DNA of 64,000 nt from Macrostomum hystrix (taxonomy: Eukaryota > Animalia > Platyhelminthes), in the NCBI GenBank assembly GCA_950097015.1, contig CATNEN010000003.1, forward strand, positions 14,384,001 through 14,448,000, written 5' to 3'. The position numbers were made by a program, and so were the translations under genes. Within the stretch, counting starts at the first letter, position 1. Every line of letters starts with the position of its first letter. Below the pieces are notes generated by a model that searched no databases, was not told the origin of the DNA, and saw only the letters and a program-made list of their open reading frames with translations. Positions 27,804-41,191 of this stretch are shown piece by piece.

Positions 27804-28572
27804 ACGTAGCTAAGTCTCTGAAGACTACTACGTCTCGTGAAAAATAAAATATTTCGAAAAGCCGTCTTAAATACTTTGATAGATTCGTCAAGACTTATTA
27901 ACAATATTGATCTTCAATTGTGATTTGTCATTTGAGTATATATATTATTTAATTAACGACTAATACATATTCAGTAGAACATTCAATGATATACTGAAGT
28001 TGATATACAATCATATTATACAGATCGACCAAGGCCGACTTGTAGTAGTCCTTTCAAAACTAATGGTTCTTTGGTTGTTCCACAGCTGACGTGACTTTGT
28101 ATTTTCGCGGTTGTTGTAAACAAACAAAAGTTTTCTGTAAAAGAAATTCAAATAATTATTTTGACTTACGAGAGAATTAGCTTAGTATTTATTATTCTAA
28201 GGGGCTCTAATTTTTAAAACAACCGATTGTTATATTATACTCAGTTCGCGTTCGAATGCACGCCGAACGCATGCAAGCTAAATTTGACTTGGCATACGAT
28301 TCTAATAAAATTTATCCAGTTTTCCAGTGAGGCAAAGCTAGTTGCATATGAGGCAAAGCTAGTTGCATAAGTCAGTTCGTGTTGATCCCAATCATTGCTC
28401 AATTAGTTTAAATGTTCAATTAGATTATATCGCTCTTCCTTTGCCAATTTATATAATAGAAGTAGTGTGACATCCCGGATTATTTAGCTACTTTAAATTT
28501 CTGAACAAGAGGATAAGCCTACTAAAGGGAGTATATTATTTTCTGAAAATTACTAATTGAAAGATTAATACA

Positions 28573-31500
28573 ATGACACAAGTACCTTTGCTAATTCAAG
28601 CAGCACAGCTTCTACCATTTACTGTCAGGAACAGAAGTAAATGGTGAGTTTTTTACAATTTAATTTTTTGTCTTCTACAGTTTTAGCTATCAAACTTTGG
28701 TCAAAGCTTTTTTTAATAAACTGGTAATATCAAATCACACAATTTTAATATTTTCATTTTTACAACCTTGGGCCTTGTTTATAAATATTTCTAAAGTGGT
28801 TGAAATTACTTTGAAGTCAAGTGTCAAATTAAAGTAGTTTTTATGTATTTTATTTTTATGTTCCTACTTAATCTTTATGTTCGTAATTATATCAATAGCT
28901 ATAGAATAGAAGATATTTAGATTCATTCTAACTTTTACAAATTTTTGTTGTAGGGCTCCTCTCTTACTTGCTAATATCCCAATAATATGTTGTTATGTTA
29001 TGTTATAGCTATCTGGCTTTCTGGTTTTTCCCAGTCTTTCAAGGCTTCCAAATGGACTGAATCTGCCCAACTCTGCACACAGTGCTATTCACCAAATGGG
29101 ATTTACCCTCTGCTCTTTTAGTTATTACACTATACTGCTTTTGATAATTATTTCCTTTGTTCTTTTGAATATTCACCGACTTGTATGTGACCACAGACCT
29201 GCTTTTCTCCCTCTCTCTGAATAAGAATGATTTAAAAACTCTGAGACTTATTCTCCTTTATTCAACACAGAACTGGGCACAGGGCACCAGTTGGAGTTCT
29301 AGGGCTAGTTTGCGGTTATATTTATAGCAAAAATTTGAGGTGGGTGATAAAACACAGTAAAACAAAATATAAAATCGTGAAAAAGTGTTTAGCGGGAATT
29401 CAAGTTAAAAATATATAATAAAATTAGGGCCTACTTCATTTAATTATATATTACAATTTAAAGCTAATTTTTAATGACATACTTTTTTGCCTTTCATTGG
29501 CAGTATGTTCAATATGGGTTGTTTTCATTAAATAATAAAACTAATTATAAGTTGCCTATAAAACTTCTCACCAGGTATCAAAGCTTTATTCTGTTATTCA
29601 CATTTATCTGCTATACAAGTTACCATCTATCAAGGAAGCCTATATCTGTTGTTAAAGTGAGTTTTGATAATTGATTTGTAAATGTGATCATTTATATTAA
29701 AACTATTATTAATTAAACATACAAAATCTTGTTAAATTTTAAACAGAGTGTCCTTCATCAAAACTGCTCTGACATTGCTATTAAAAATCATTGGAATATT
29801 AATCCTGATAATAGTACATTTTGTTGTTGGGCTCCGTTTGGTAAGTATACTGCAGATCACTGAAGTTGTTATAATATTTTTTCAGGTATATTTATGGAAT
29901 GAAAAAATTAAATTGATTTTACAGACAAACATGATTATGCTGAGCTACTTGGGTCACTGGAATATGCCTACCTATTTGCCTATGCTATTGGCATGCTGAT
30001 CAGGTAAGTTATAATCTTCACAACCTATTGTTTCTTCTAATATGAAAAAATTACTAACACTTTTTTAGTGGACACATTGCTGAGCGGGTCAACCTGCGAC
30101 ACTATCTAGGCATAGGAATGCTTCTTAGTGGAATAACTACTGCTTTGTTTGGCCTTGGCTATTATCTGAACATTCACCGAATCGAGTATTATGTATTTGT
30201 GCAGGTATGATTTCAATTATTTTTAACCCACGTTACTTAATGCTCTCTCGTTTTCTCTACCTCGCCTTCTCTCCCTGCCTTCTCGCCTTGCCTTCTCCCT
30301 CTCACCCTCTCTCCCTCGCCTTCTCTACTTTGGCTTCTCCCTGCCTTCTCGCCTCGCCTTCTCCCCCTCGCCTACTTTCCCTCGCCTTCTCTCCTTTACC
30401 TTCTCTCTCTGCCTTCTCGCCTCGCCTTCTCCTTCTCGTCCTCTCTCCCTCGCCTTCTCCTATTGTCTTCTCACCTCGCCTTTTCTTTCTCGCGCTCTCT
30501 ATCCCTCGCCTTCTCTCGTTTGTCTTCTCCCCCTTGCCTTCTCCCCCTCGCCTTCTCCCCCCTCGCCTTCTTCCCTTCGCCTTCTCCCCCTCGTCTTTTT
30601 CCCTTCGCCTTCTCCCCTCGCCTTCTCCCCTTCGCCTTCTCTCCCTCGCCTTCTCCCCCTCGCCTTCTCCTATTGTCTTCTCACCTCGCCTTTTCTTTCT
30701 CGCGCTCTCTATCCCTCGCCTTCTCTCGTTTGCCTTCTCCCCCTTGCCTTCTCCCCCTCGCCTTCTCCCCCCTCGCCTTCTTCCCTTCGCCTTCTCCCGC
30801 TCGTCTTTTTCCCTTCGCCTTCTCCCCTCGCCTTCTCCCCTTCGCCTTCTCTCCCTCGCCTTCTCCCCCTCGCCTTCTCCCCCTCGTCTTTTTCCCTTCG
30901 CCTTCTCCCCTCGCCTTCTCCCCTTCGCCTTCTCTCGCTCGCCTTCTCCCCCTCGCCTTCTCCCCCCTCGCCTTCTCCCCCTCGCCTTCTCCCCCCTCGC
31001 ATTCTCCCCTTCGCCTTCTCCCCCTTGCCTTTCCCCTGCTTTCTCTCTATCTGCCCAACTGCACGCAGCACATTGCCTATTTCCAACTACGCAGATATTT
31101 GGCGGCCTAGTCCAAGCGACCGGTTGGCCAAGTGTAGTGGCTTGCGTTGGTCACTGGTTTGGTAAGGGCAGGTAAGCCAACATTCGTATGTATATAAAAC
31201 GTAGTTCGTTGTATCCATTTATAATAAAAAATTTTGCTTTATATATTGTCACCACTTGTGCTTTCCTTGCCTCTTAATAATTTGTTTTGTTACAAGCGTG
31301 TTACGGTTTAATCTGTACTAGCAAAAGTGACCAAGCATTGCGCACTGTTCAAATAATGAAAATTTCTTAGTCTAATCAATTATGTAATCTTAGCCCTGTA
31401 ATGCCAAGCCTGTATAACTTCTGTTTGCCAACGCATGTACCATGATATTTATCATGGTTTTACTGTGCACACAGCATGAATAATGTCTACACACTCACGG

Positions 31501-34500
31501 AATACATTCTGTCACACTCACTGAACACTGTCTGTAACATTCACTGGTTAGAGTTTGTCACACTTATGGAATTCTATCTTCACACTCACTGAATAGAGGC
31601 TGTCACACCACCTGAATACAGTCCGTTACACAGCCTGAATACAGTCTGTCACACTACCTGAATACAGTCTGTCACACCACCTGAATACAGTCTGTCACAC
31701 TACCTGAATACAGTCTGTCACACTACCTAAATACAGTCTGTCACTCCACCTGAATACAGTCTGTCACACTACCTGAATACAGTCTGTCACACTACCTGAA
31801 TACAGTCTGTCACACTACCTAAATACAGTCTGTCACTCCACCCTAAAACACGCAGACGCGGCTTCATTATGGGAGTGTGGAACAGTCACACGTCAGCAGG
31901 AAATATTCTTGGCAGCATCATCGCTGGTTTCTTTGTCAGCAAAAGCTGGGGCCTCAGTTTTATTGTGCCCGGTGGAATTATCTTTACTGCCGGATGTCTC
32001 TGCTTATTGCTGTTGATTCCATGTAAGTAAGATTGTCTAGCTAGATTATATATACTTTATCTTGCTAAATTTAAACTTAATAAAATTAACTAAAATCGTT
32101 GCAGACCCGACAGACGTTGGTCTACCGTCGCCGCACGACAATGATGTTGTAAGAATTGTAGAAAAATGGTACATTATTTTACTTTGAGAAGTGGACAAAC
32201 TTATATGTGTCTAGCCGATGTGAAAATATAGAAATAAAATCGGGTCATTGAAGTGTATCATAAAGATATGAAACGGTAAGATAAGATAAGGGAGAACTCA
32301 GATACAAAAGAGATTAGACACGGGAGAGATGAGTCATGGAATAGATGAGACATGGAAAAGATGAGACACGGGATAGATGAGACACGGGAGAGATGAGACA
32401 CGGGAAAGATAAGACACGGGAGAGATGAGACACGGGAGAGATGAGACAGGGGAGACATAACACAGAGGAGAGATGAGACACGGGAGAGATGAGACACGGG
32501 GGAGATGAGACACGGTAGAGATAAGACATAGGAGAGAAGAGACACGGGAGAGATGAGACACGGGAGAGATGAGACACGGGAGAGATGAGACACGGGAGAG
32601 ATGAGACACGGGAGAGATGAGACAGGGGAGACATAACACAGAGGAGAGATGAGACACGGGAGAGATGAGACAGGGGAGACATAACACAGAGGAGAGATGA
32701 GACACGGGGGAGATGAGACACGGTAGAGATAAGACACGGGAGAGATGAGACACGGGAGAGATGAGACATGGGATAGATGAGACACGGGATAGATGAGACA
32801 CGGGAGAGATGAGACACGGGAGAGATGAGACACGGGAGAGATGAGACACGGGAGAGATGAGACATAGGAAAGATTCAGAGACATAGGAAAGATGAGACAC
32901 GGGAGAGATAATACTCTGATGTCCTAATACTACAAATCCAGTTTTTAAGACATGAAAACGCTTTTCTTTAAGAAAAAAAAGTTAGTAATTTTTTTAACAT
33001 TTTCGTTTTCTAGGTTCTGCTTGAGGTTTCAACATCAGTGCGTTTTTAGTTCTAGAATTTTCCTTAACATTTATTTAAAGTTATCTTATCTTTTTCATAT
33101 AATTTTCTTAATGGTATTTAGTTAATTAATTGCATGGACTACTGTCTGCACATAATGGACCTGCTTGCTAACTCATTAGAATACTATTTTTTATGCTCGC
33201 CTACTCTCTGATATCCAAATACCAATTAGTTAATAATAATATCATCAGGAGGGCTTTGGGGATGATCCTAGACCCGCAGCCAGCGAGGAGGCAATTCTGC
33301 CCATTTCGCTGACTCCTGAGCACACACGCACTCAGATACTGTACGCAGGCACACGCTCACACAGGTGTGTACATCTGCCCTGACTTTCTCATCGTCAGGC
33401 AGTGTACAATCTCACTGCGCCTTGGAGGTTGGCCCTCAAGGGCGTAAATTTCACGACAAGCCCCCAAGCCTTCTCTCCGCGACTGCGGCCCAAATAAATG
33501 TGGCCTCGCCGCGGAATCGAGCTCAGGGACCTGGTGCCAGAGGCACAAACTGTGTGTTTTCATTATGCTAGCTGTGTGTTTAATTTTTCTTTTAAAACGC
33601 TTTTTCTGGCGTTTTCTAGTGGCTCTGCACTTGTCTTTGACGCCGCTAAAAGTCGCTAGATGTAGCAGCCACACTAGCTGAAATAATGCAGAGTTGTGTC
33701 ACGCTAAAGGACACAAATTGTTCCAGTGTAGTCGGGAATCGAACCCCCGACTTGTCTGACACCAACCTCTAAGCTAAAACGCCAATTTACTATATTTTGG
33801 CCACACTTAGTTACGGGTCAGTTGAATAAAAATATATTAGAAAAGTGGAATTATAACACGCCTAATGTTGTTTGTGTCGTTAAATTCTAAAAATACTCTT
33901 AGAATCTTGGGAAAATGTTTTTGCAGGTCAAGTTAAGGTATTTTGCTAGTTATCTGTATGTGTGTACATGTACAACAGAACAGAAAAATGCGGAAATTAA
34001 ATATTTTCTGTAGAAAAAGTAGATAAAGCTTTAATTGCTGGCTAGAGCCTAGGTATGTTTTTTTATTTGGCTGGGGTAAAATATCAAAGATAAGGTTTTA
34101 AAGTGTTTTGTTTCTAACAGTCACTAACTCTAACTTATATATGGCTTGTGTTTTGGTCTTCAAGCAAGGCCTGGATAATATTTTAAGGTCTTGAACACTA
34201 TATTTTTGCTGCTTCTAGTTGGCACTTTGACTTGTGATTGTTGTTGACATTGAGTTTGGCGAGTTAGACGGTCAGTAGTTCAAATTTCACTTCTAACTTG
34301 AGAAACTCGAGTGGGTCTTTAGTCCATGGACAGAAAAGCTGTACACAACCTTTCGAATTGCAGTAGAAACACGGTTTGTGTTTCAACTACACACAGTTCT
34401 TTGTATCTACCAAACTATTCAACTAATTGATATGAAAATCCGTAACACGGGCTAAACCTAATGGTTAGGGCATCGGACTCACGACTTGAAGATCGGGGGT

Positions 34501-37500
34501 TTCCAGCATAGCTGGGTAATAAAGACTGGGTTTGGCGTCCCACCAGTCCATGGACTGAACAGGTGTACGCAGCCTTCAGATGCGCCACGCAATAGCTGCA
34601 CATTTGGTAGCTATCGTGAAGTATTTGAGATACCCCGAAAAATGGACATCTGATAATATAATCTAGATTCTATTTAAACAAACATTGTTTTAGGACATCA
34701 TCGTGCAGTCTGTGACACCGTCAACTGTTGACATCACAGAATATGCTCCGAACAGTCAAAGCCCATTCGGCAGTCCTAGTGTTTCTGGGACTAGTTCGAC
34801 AATTAATAATCTATCGTCGCCTGGGTCAGACACGGATCCTCTGTTGCCTAGGGATACCGATCTGACAGACTCCAATGTCTCTAATACAGACATAGGCAGC
34901 AGGAGAGCGATAAGCATTCTGGGCGCAATGCGCATTCCAGTGAGTAAAGATCTTGTGTTATTGTATTCATGCTTCCCATCGATAATTCATGCTTCCCATC
35001 GATAATTCATGCTTCCCATCGATAATTCATGCTTCCCATCGATAATTCATGCTTCCCATCGATAACTCATGCTTCCCATCGATAACTCATGCTTCCCATC
35101 GATAATTCATGCTTCCCATCGATAACTCATGCTTCCCATCGATAATTCATGCTTCCCATCGATAACTCATGCTTCCCATCGATAATTCATGCTTCCCATC
35201 GATAATTCATGCTTCCCATCGATAATTCATGCTTCCCATCGATAATTCATGCTTCCCATCGATAATTCATACTTTTTCCTCGTCATTCCATGCTTTTTCC
35301 TTGAAAATTCATGCTTTCCATCGATAACTCATGCTTTCCATTGAAAATTCATACTTTTTCCTCGTCATTTCATGCTTTTTTCTTTACAATTTATGCTTCC
35401 CCCTCGACAATTCATGCTTCCCCCTCGACAATTCATGCTTCCACCTCGACAATTCATGCTTTAGCCTCGATTATTCATGCTTCCTTCTCGATAGTTCATG
35501 CTTCCTTCTCGATAATTCATGCTTCCTTCTCGATAGTTCATGCTTCCTTCTCGATAGTTCATGCTTCCTTCTCGATAGTTCATGCTTCCTTCTCGATAAT
35601 TCATGCTTCCTTCTCGATAGTTCATGCTTCCTTCTCGATAGTTCATGCTTCCTTCTCGATTATTCATGCTTCCTTCTCGATAATTTATGCTTCCTTCTCG
35701 ATAGTTCATGCTTCCTTCTCGATAGTTCATGCTTCCTTCTCGATAGTTCATGCTTCCTTCTCGATAGTTCATGCTTCCTTCTCGATAGTTCATGCTTCCT
35801 TCTCGATAGTTCATGCTTCCTTCTCGATAGTTCATGCTTCCTTCTCGATAGTTCATGCTTCCTTCTCGATAGTTCATGCTTCCACCTCAATAATTGAGGA
35901 TTCCGTGCTCAAGTGCTCGAAAAAATGTTAAAATAAGAAATGGAAAATGCTTTTAGCTGTGCTCAAAATATTTTCTTCTATTTCTGAATCTGATAATGCT
36001 TGCAGCTATGCTCAAGAAACCTTTCCTTAGTTTTAGCTTCGAATAACGCTACAACGCTACGTATGCTCAATCAGTATTCATTTAGTTTTGAATCAAATAA
36101 GGCTTGAAGCAATGCTCAAAAAATGTTAAAATAAAGAAGAAATAACGTTTTTAGCTGTTTTCAACATTTTTTCTTCTAATTATGGATCTGATAATGATTG
36201 CAGCTATGCTCAAATTTTTTTTCCTTAGTCTTAGTATCGAAAAACACTTCCTGCTACACTCCAACAAAAACTTTCAATTTTTCTTACGGCGAGAAAATTC
36301 TAATAAAGCAAACAAATATCTGCTTTGTTAACAAATAAAGCACCGATGCAATTTAATAAAACTGACAATGTCCGGCCCTATTCTAAAGATAACAGCTTTT
36401 TCGAATATCGAATGCCTTTAGAGAGAAAAAAATGCTTAGAAAGTTAACGTGTACCATCTCGTTAAGAAGGCAAAGCTTTTACTGAAATGTTTTAGTCAAA
36501 GAATCGCGAAAATCGGACAACGCGTTCGCTAGAACAATGACAATACCACTTTTTACATTGAGTGAATTGACACATAGTTTTAAGTTTAGTATAACTGATG
36601 ATGATGAAATCTTCGCTGTGATTCTCGAAGTGAGGTGGGTGTTTCTCACACCATGATTGGTCATCGAATCCTCATGGTCATAAATGTTAGGTCTAGGCGG
36701 AGTGAGGTGGATGTTCTCTTATCTGAATTTTTGGTTAGAACCTACACAAATGGTCTAGGGTTGAGTGAGTCAGGCGGTCTTGTTATCTGGATTGGTTTTT
36801 TTGAAACCGTCCTCGCTAGGCGGAATGAGGTGGTTGTTCTGTTCGCTGGATTAGTTGGAAAAAACTCTTTAGACGGAGTGAGGTGGGTGTTCCCTCATCT
36901 GGATTGGTTATCAGAACCTCTTTAGACGGAGTGAGGTGGGTGTTCCCTCATCTGGATTGGTTATTAGAACCTCTTTAGACGTAGTGAGGTGAGTGTTCCC
37001 TCATCTGGATTGGTTATTAGAACCTATTTAGACGGAGTGAGGTGGGTGTTCCCTTATCTGGATTGGTTATTAGAACCTATTTAGACGTATGAGGTGAGTG
37101 TTCCCTTATCTGGATTGGTTATTAGAACCTCTTTAGACGGAGTGAGGTGGGTGTTCCCTCATCTGGATTGGTTAACAGAACCTCTTTAGACGGAGTGAGG
37201 TGGGTGTTCCCTCATCTGGATTGGTTATTAGAACCTCTTTAGACGTAGTGAGGTGAGTGTTCCCTCATCTGGATTGGTTATTAGAACCTATTTAGACGGA
37301 GTGAGGTGGGTGTTCCCTTATCTGGATTGGTTATTAGAACCTATTTAGACGGAGTGAGGTGGGTGTTCCCTTATCTGGATTGGTTATTAGAACCTCTTTA
37401 GACGTAAGAGGTGAGTGTTCCCTCATCTGGATTGGTTATTAGAACCTATTTAGACGGAGTGAGGTGGGTGTTCCCTTATCTGGATTGGTTATTAGAACCT

Positions 37501-39781
37501 ATTTAGACGTATGAGGTGAGTGTTCCCTCATCTGGATTGGTTATTAGAACCTATTTAGACGGAGTGAGGTGGGTGTTCCCTTATCTGGATTGGTTATTAG
37601 AACCCCTTTAGACGGAGTGAGGTGGGTGTTCCCTCATCTGGATTGGTTATTAGAACCTCTTTAGACGGAGTGAGGTGGGTGTTCCCTCATCTGGATTGGT
37701 TATTAGAACCTCTTTAGACGGAGTGAGGTGGGTGTTCCCTCATCTGGATTGGTTATTAGAACCTCTTTAGACGGAGTGAGGTGGGTGTTCCCTCATCTGG
37801 ATTGGTTATCAGAACCTCTTTAGACGTAGTGAGGTGAGTGTTCCCTCATCTGGATTGGTTATCAGAACCTCTTTAGACGTAGTGAGGTGAGTGTTCCCTC
37901 ATCTGGATTGGTTATTTGAACCTCTTTAGACGGAGTGAGGTGGGTGTTCCCTCATCTGGATTGGTTATCAGAACCTCTTTAGTCGGAGTGAGGTGGGTGT
38001 TCCCTCATCTGGATTGGTTAACAGAACCTCTTTAGACGGAGTGAGGTGGGTGTTCCCTCATCTTGATTGTTTAGAAAAACCTATTTGGGTGAATTGAGGT
38101 GGCTGTTCCTTAATCGCTAAATGAAATCGTCAAACGCTCGGCAAAGTTTTTTTCCTATTTTTTTGTTCCTTTCAGGGCGTTGTCGAGTATTCGTTGTGCC
38201 TATTCTTCGCTAAACTAGTCAGCTATACGTTCCTCTATTGGTTGCCGAACTACATAAAACATTCGAGTGGTCTCAACCCGGAGAAAAGCGCCTTCCTATC
38301 CACCCTATTTGATGTTGGGGGCATTGTTGGCGGTATTTTAGCCGGAGTTATTAGCGATATGAGCGGTCAGAGAGCGCTTACCTGCATGCTAATGCTCCTA
38401 TTGGCTGCTCCAATGGTGAGTAGTGCTCTTTTTGCGCCTGAAATTCCCATCTTAAACTGTTGGCTTACAATAGTCTCGATTATTTTATTCCAGTTGCTAA
38501 TGTACGAAAAATTTGGAGACACTTCGTTGATAAATTCTATTAGTAAGTTTTTCGTAATGATTTTTCATACTAACTGCTTCAGGATGGGATTCCAGTTCCT
38601 TCAGGATGGGATTCCAGTTCCTTCAGGATGGGATTTCAGTTTCTTCAGTGTGGGATTCCAGTTCCTTCAGGATGGGATTCCAGTTCCTTCAGGATGGGGT
38701 TCCAGTTCCTTCAGGATGGGATTCCAGTTCCTTCAGGATGGGATTCCAGTTCCTTCAGGATGGGATTCCAGTTCCTTCAGGATGGGATTCCAGTTCCTTC
38801 AGGGCGACATTCTAGCTCCTTTCTAATTTACTTAAAGATGGTCATTTTTTCTTTCTGGTTGATTTCCTTTTCTGAAGTTTTACGAAAATCTTATAACAGA
38901 ATCGTTGGCAAAGTACTGTTGTTTTCCAGTTCTGCTTCTAATCACCGGCGGCTTTGTGAACGGTCCCTACGCTCTCATAACAACAGCTGTCAGCGCTGAT
39001 CTCGGCACTTCGGTCAAGGGCGACTCAAAAGCGTTGGCTACTGTCACCGCCATTATTGATGGAACTGGCAGCATGGGTGAGGGAATTTGTAATTTGTAAC
39101 ATACTACTTTAAGTAGTAAGTAACACAACTACCATTATTTTTTGTATATAAAGAATTGACAAAAAATGCTGCATTCGCATCATTTTTTATCTAGGTGCCG
39201 CGTTTGGCCCGCTAATGACTGGCCTAATAGTTAAGACTGGCTGGCAGAATGTCTTCTACATGCTTATCACTGCCGACCTCATGGCCTTGTTGGTACGTGT
39301 CGAATTCAGCACCAATCCAAAGCTATCCAAACCTAACTTTAAGTCATAACCTGATAGGACACCCACCTCACGCCTCTAAAATAATATTCCTGCCCTAGAC
39401 AGCATACACTTCACGCCGCCCAACTAGAATTCGATTCCTGCCTAATCAACACCCACCTCACGCCGCCCAGCTAGAATTATTTTCCTGCCCTAGACAACAT
39501 AAGGCCGCCCAACTAGAACTCTATTCCTGCCCTAGTCAACACCCACCTCCCGCCAACGAATAAAAGTTATATCCTGCACGACACCAACCTCAAACCGCCC
39601 AATAAAAATCCAACTTATTCTTCAAGACGACACCCACCCACCCCGAAAATGCATCAAGCTTGTTCACTAACCCTCATTCCAGCTCTTGTGTCGCTTGGGT
39701 GCTAGTGAAATTTCTGAATTTCGTCGGATACGCCAACAAACAGCTTACGAGGACCTTAACAGGGATAATTCTCCATCTTAA
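28573..39781 (+). CDS. SLC37A2: SLC37 family sugar-phosphate/phosphate exchanger (MFS; SLC37A1/A2-like), 14 exons, ~542 aa
   Basis: Exons 28573-28643, 29575-29656, 29747-29840, 29925-30003, 30069-30204, 31095-31171, 31856-32022, 32105-32148, 34694-34939, 38176-38415, 38494-38542, 38930-39076, 39195-39292, 39683-39781 join in frame (1629 nt), all GT-AG. Motifs YHLSRKPISVVK, QATGWPSVV, RGFIMGVWNSHTSAGNILG, IPGVVEYSLCLFFAKLVSYTFLYWLP, NGPYALITTAVSADLG, TVTAIIDGTGS. Confidence 0.94.
30245..31050. repeat. Polypyrimidine minisatellite, ~13-14-bp (CGCCTTCTCCCCCT)n; SLC37 intron 5
   Basis: Direct periodicity. Confidence 0.9.
31570..31840. repeat. 23-bp minisatellite (CTGTCACACTACCTGAATACAGT)n; SLC37 intron 6
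   Basis: Direct periodicity. Confidence 0.9.
32295..32910. repeat. 16-bp minisatellite (GAGATGAGACACGGGA)n; SLC37 intron 8
   Basis: Reverse complement of the unit inside the MITE at 7790-8070. Confidence 0.93.
33231..33545 (-). mobile_element. tRNA-derived SINE, 5'-truncated copy
   Basis: Near-identical reverse complement of ~45929-46199; (ATT)n tail at 33231-33240. Confidence 0.85.
34455..34585 (+). mobile_element. Probable second tRNA-derived SINE family, decayed
   Basis: tRNA-like TAATGGTTAGGGCATCGGACTCACGACTTGAAGATCGGGGGTT; body motif AGTCCATGGAC..TGTAC recurs at ~34320 and ~46278. Confidence 0.5.
34965..35885. repeat. Two related arrays: 20-bp (CATCGATAATTCATGCTTCC)n then 21-bp (TTCTCGATAGTTCATGCTTCC)n; SLC37 intron 9
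   Basis: Direct periodicity; the period changes across a degenerate zone at ~35270-35470. Confidence 0.95.
36865..38065. repeat. 53-bp minisatellite (TTTAGACGGAGTGAGGTGGGTGTTCCCTCATCTGGATTGGTTATTAGAACCTC)n, ~22 copies; SLC37 intron 9
   Basis: Direct periodicity (e.g. 37621 to 37674). Confidence 0.95.
38577..38803. repeat. 22-bp minisatellite (TTCCAGTTCCTTCAGGATGGGA)n; SLC37 intron 11
   Basis: Direct periodicity. Confidence 0.93.
39355..39645. repeat. Degenerate array with ACACCCACCTCACGCC core; SLC37 last intron
   Basis: Recurrent core plus TAGAA..TTCCTGCC. Confidence 0.7.
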
Positions 39782-40292
39782 TGTTAAGCATGCGAGATTT
39801 AAACAGCAAGTGTTTTTGTAAAGACACCTAACAGCTTTACTAGTGTTTTTATATTGCCTAAAAACTTTGCGTACGTATAATGTATAGCGTAGCAAATGAA
39901 CTGATTCGATTCTTCCTATCTTTTAATTGAAATATAAAATTTCATAATTTCATAATTTCATAATTTGATAAGTATTTAAAATAAGCCTGTACGAAAAAGT
40001 GACTCGATCAGTTCTTTTACTTGATCTTATTTATCGGATTGTGTCTTGAAAAATGTTTTGCCTGAAAAATTATTACTTTGTTTGTTAATGCTAATGCCGA
40101 TTGTATTATCCGTCGTTCGTCTTTCTTACCAAAGATGTTGATTATCCAAATTTACAATGTCGTAATTGATTTTTGTTTGAATGTGTTCTTTTATCAGAAG
40201 TTAACAGAAGGTCTTGTCCAGCTCGTCTAAAATTGAAATACCGGTCTAAATTGACTCAGAAATAGATGAGCCAATTAAAACTAAAAGCTAAT

Positions 40293-40475
40293 TGCCTAGC
40301 CAATTAAAATTCCTTCCCCCGCTGACACCCACCTCTCACCCTGCCTAGCCAATTTGAATTCCTTCCCCCGCTGACACCCACCTCACAGCCTGCCTAGCCA
40401 ATTTGAATTCCTTCCCCACTGACAGCCACCTCACCATGCCTGCACATTTTAATTCCTTCCCCACTGACACCCCAT
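40293..40475. repeat. ~48-bp degenerate array (GCCTAGCCAATTTGAATTCCTTCCCCCGCTGACACCCACCTCAC..)
   Basis: 3-4 copies visible. Confidence 0.8.
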
Positions 40476-41191
40476 TCATATGCATTCGCAATTTTTAAGG
40501 TGATAGTCAATTGTACAACTTTATTCTTTCGACTTAAAATGGTTTGCTTGTCTTTGTGCGAACTCGGACTATCTCATGGGTTATGATTAAGTTTTTTCTA
40601 GTTTGATTTTCCTCAATATTTTTCTATTACTTATCTATAGTTTTAATTAAATGTCGCTGCAATTGTTGCCTCCGTTTGAATGCTGAAACAAAAAACAAAT
40701 GTTATATTTCATTCTTTTTTTCTGATCTCTTCTTTTTAAGAAATTATACCCTTGTCTATTTTAAATTTTGCGTTTCTGTTTTGAAATAATAATAATAAAT
40801 ATACACACAATCTTTGGTATATCAATGCCAATGAACAATAAACAGTTCAGTTTAAAATTAAATGTAAAATTTGACGGTCGAGTCGAGATTGTGTCCTAAT
40901 TCTTTTGAAAGTTTTCTTTTTTGTCAGTTTTTCTATTTTTTTGTAAAATTTCTTCTTTATGCGCTTTGTAAACATAGGTTAAGTACTTTTTCAGTTGCCT
41001 TAACTGTTATATTTGCACTGATTGATTAATTTCGGAAATCTTGTTAGCAAATTGTACAAGGTAATTATTTTAGCTTTTCAGAAAAGAGTTGAACTGTTAA
41101 TGTATTAACCTTTGATTTTTATATTCTGAAACACTATAATTATTCGGCACAAGTTGCTTACACATACACAATCAACTTCATTTCATAGCTC

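Noticed and set aside
29000-29340. Solo LTR in SLC37 intron 1 (minus-strand TATA and AATAAA)
   Set aside because: No TG..CA termini with TSD could be identified and there is no second copy in the window
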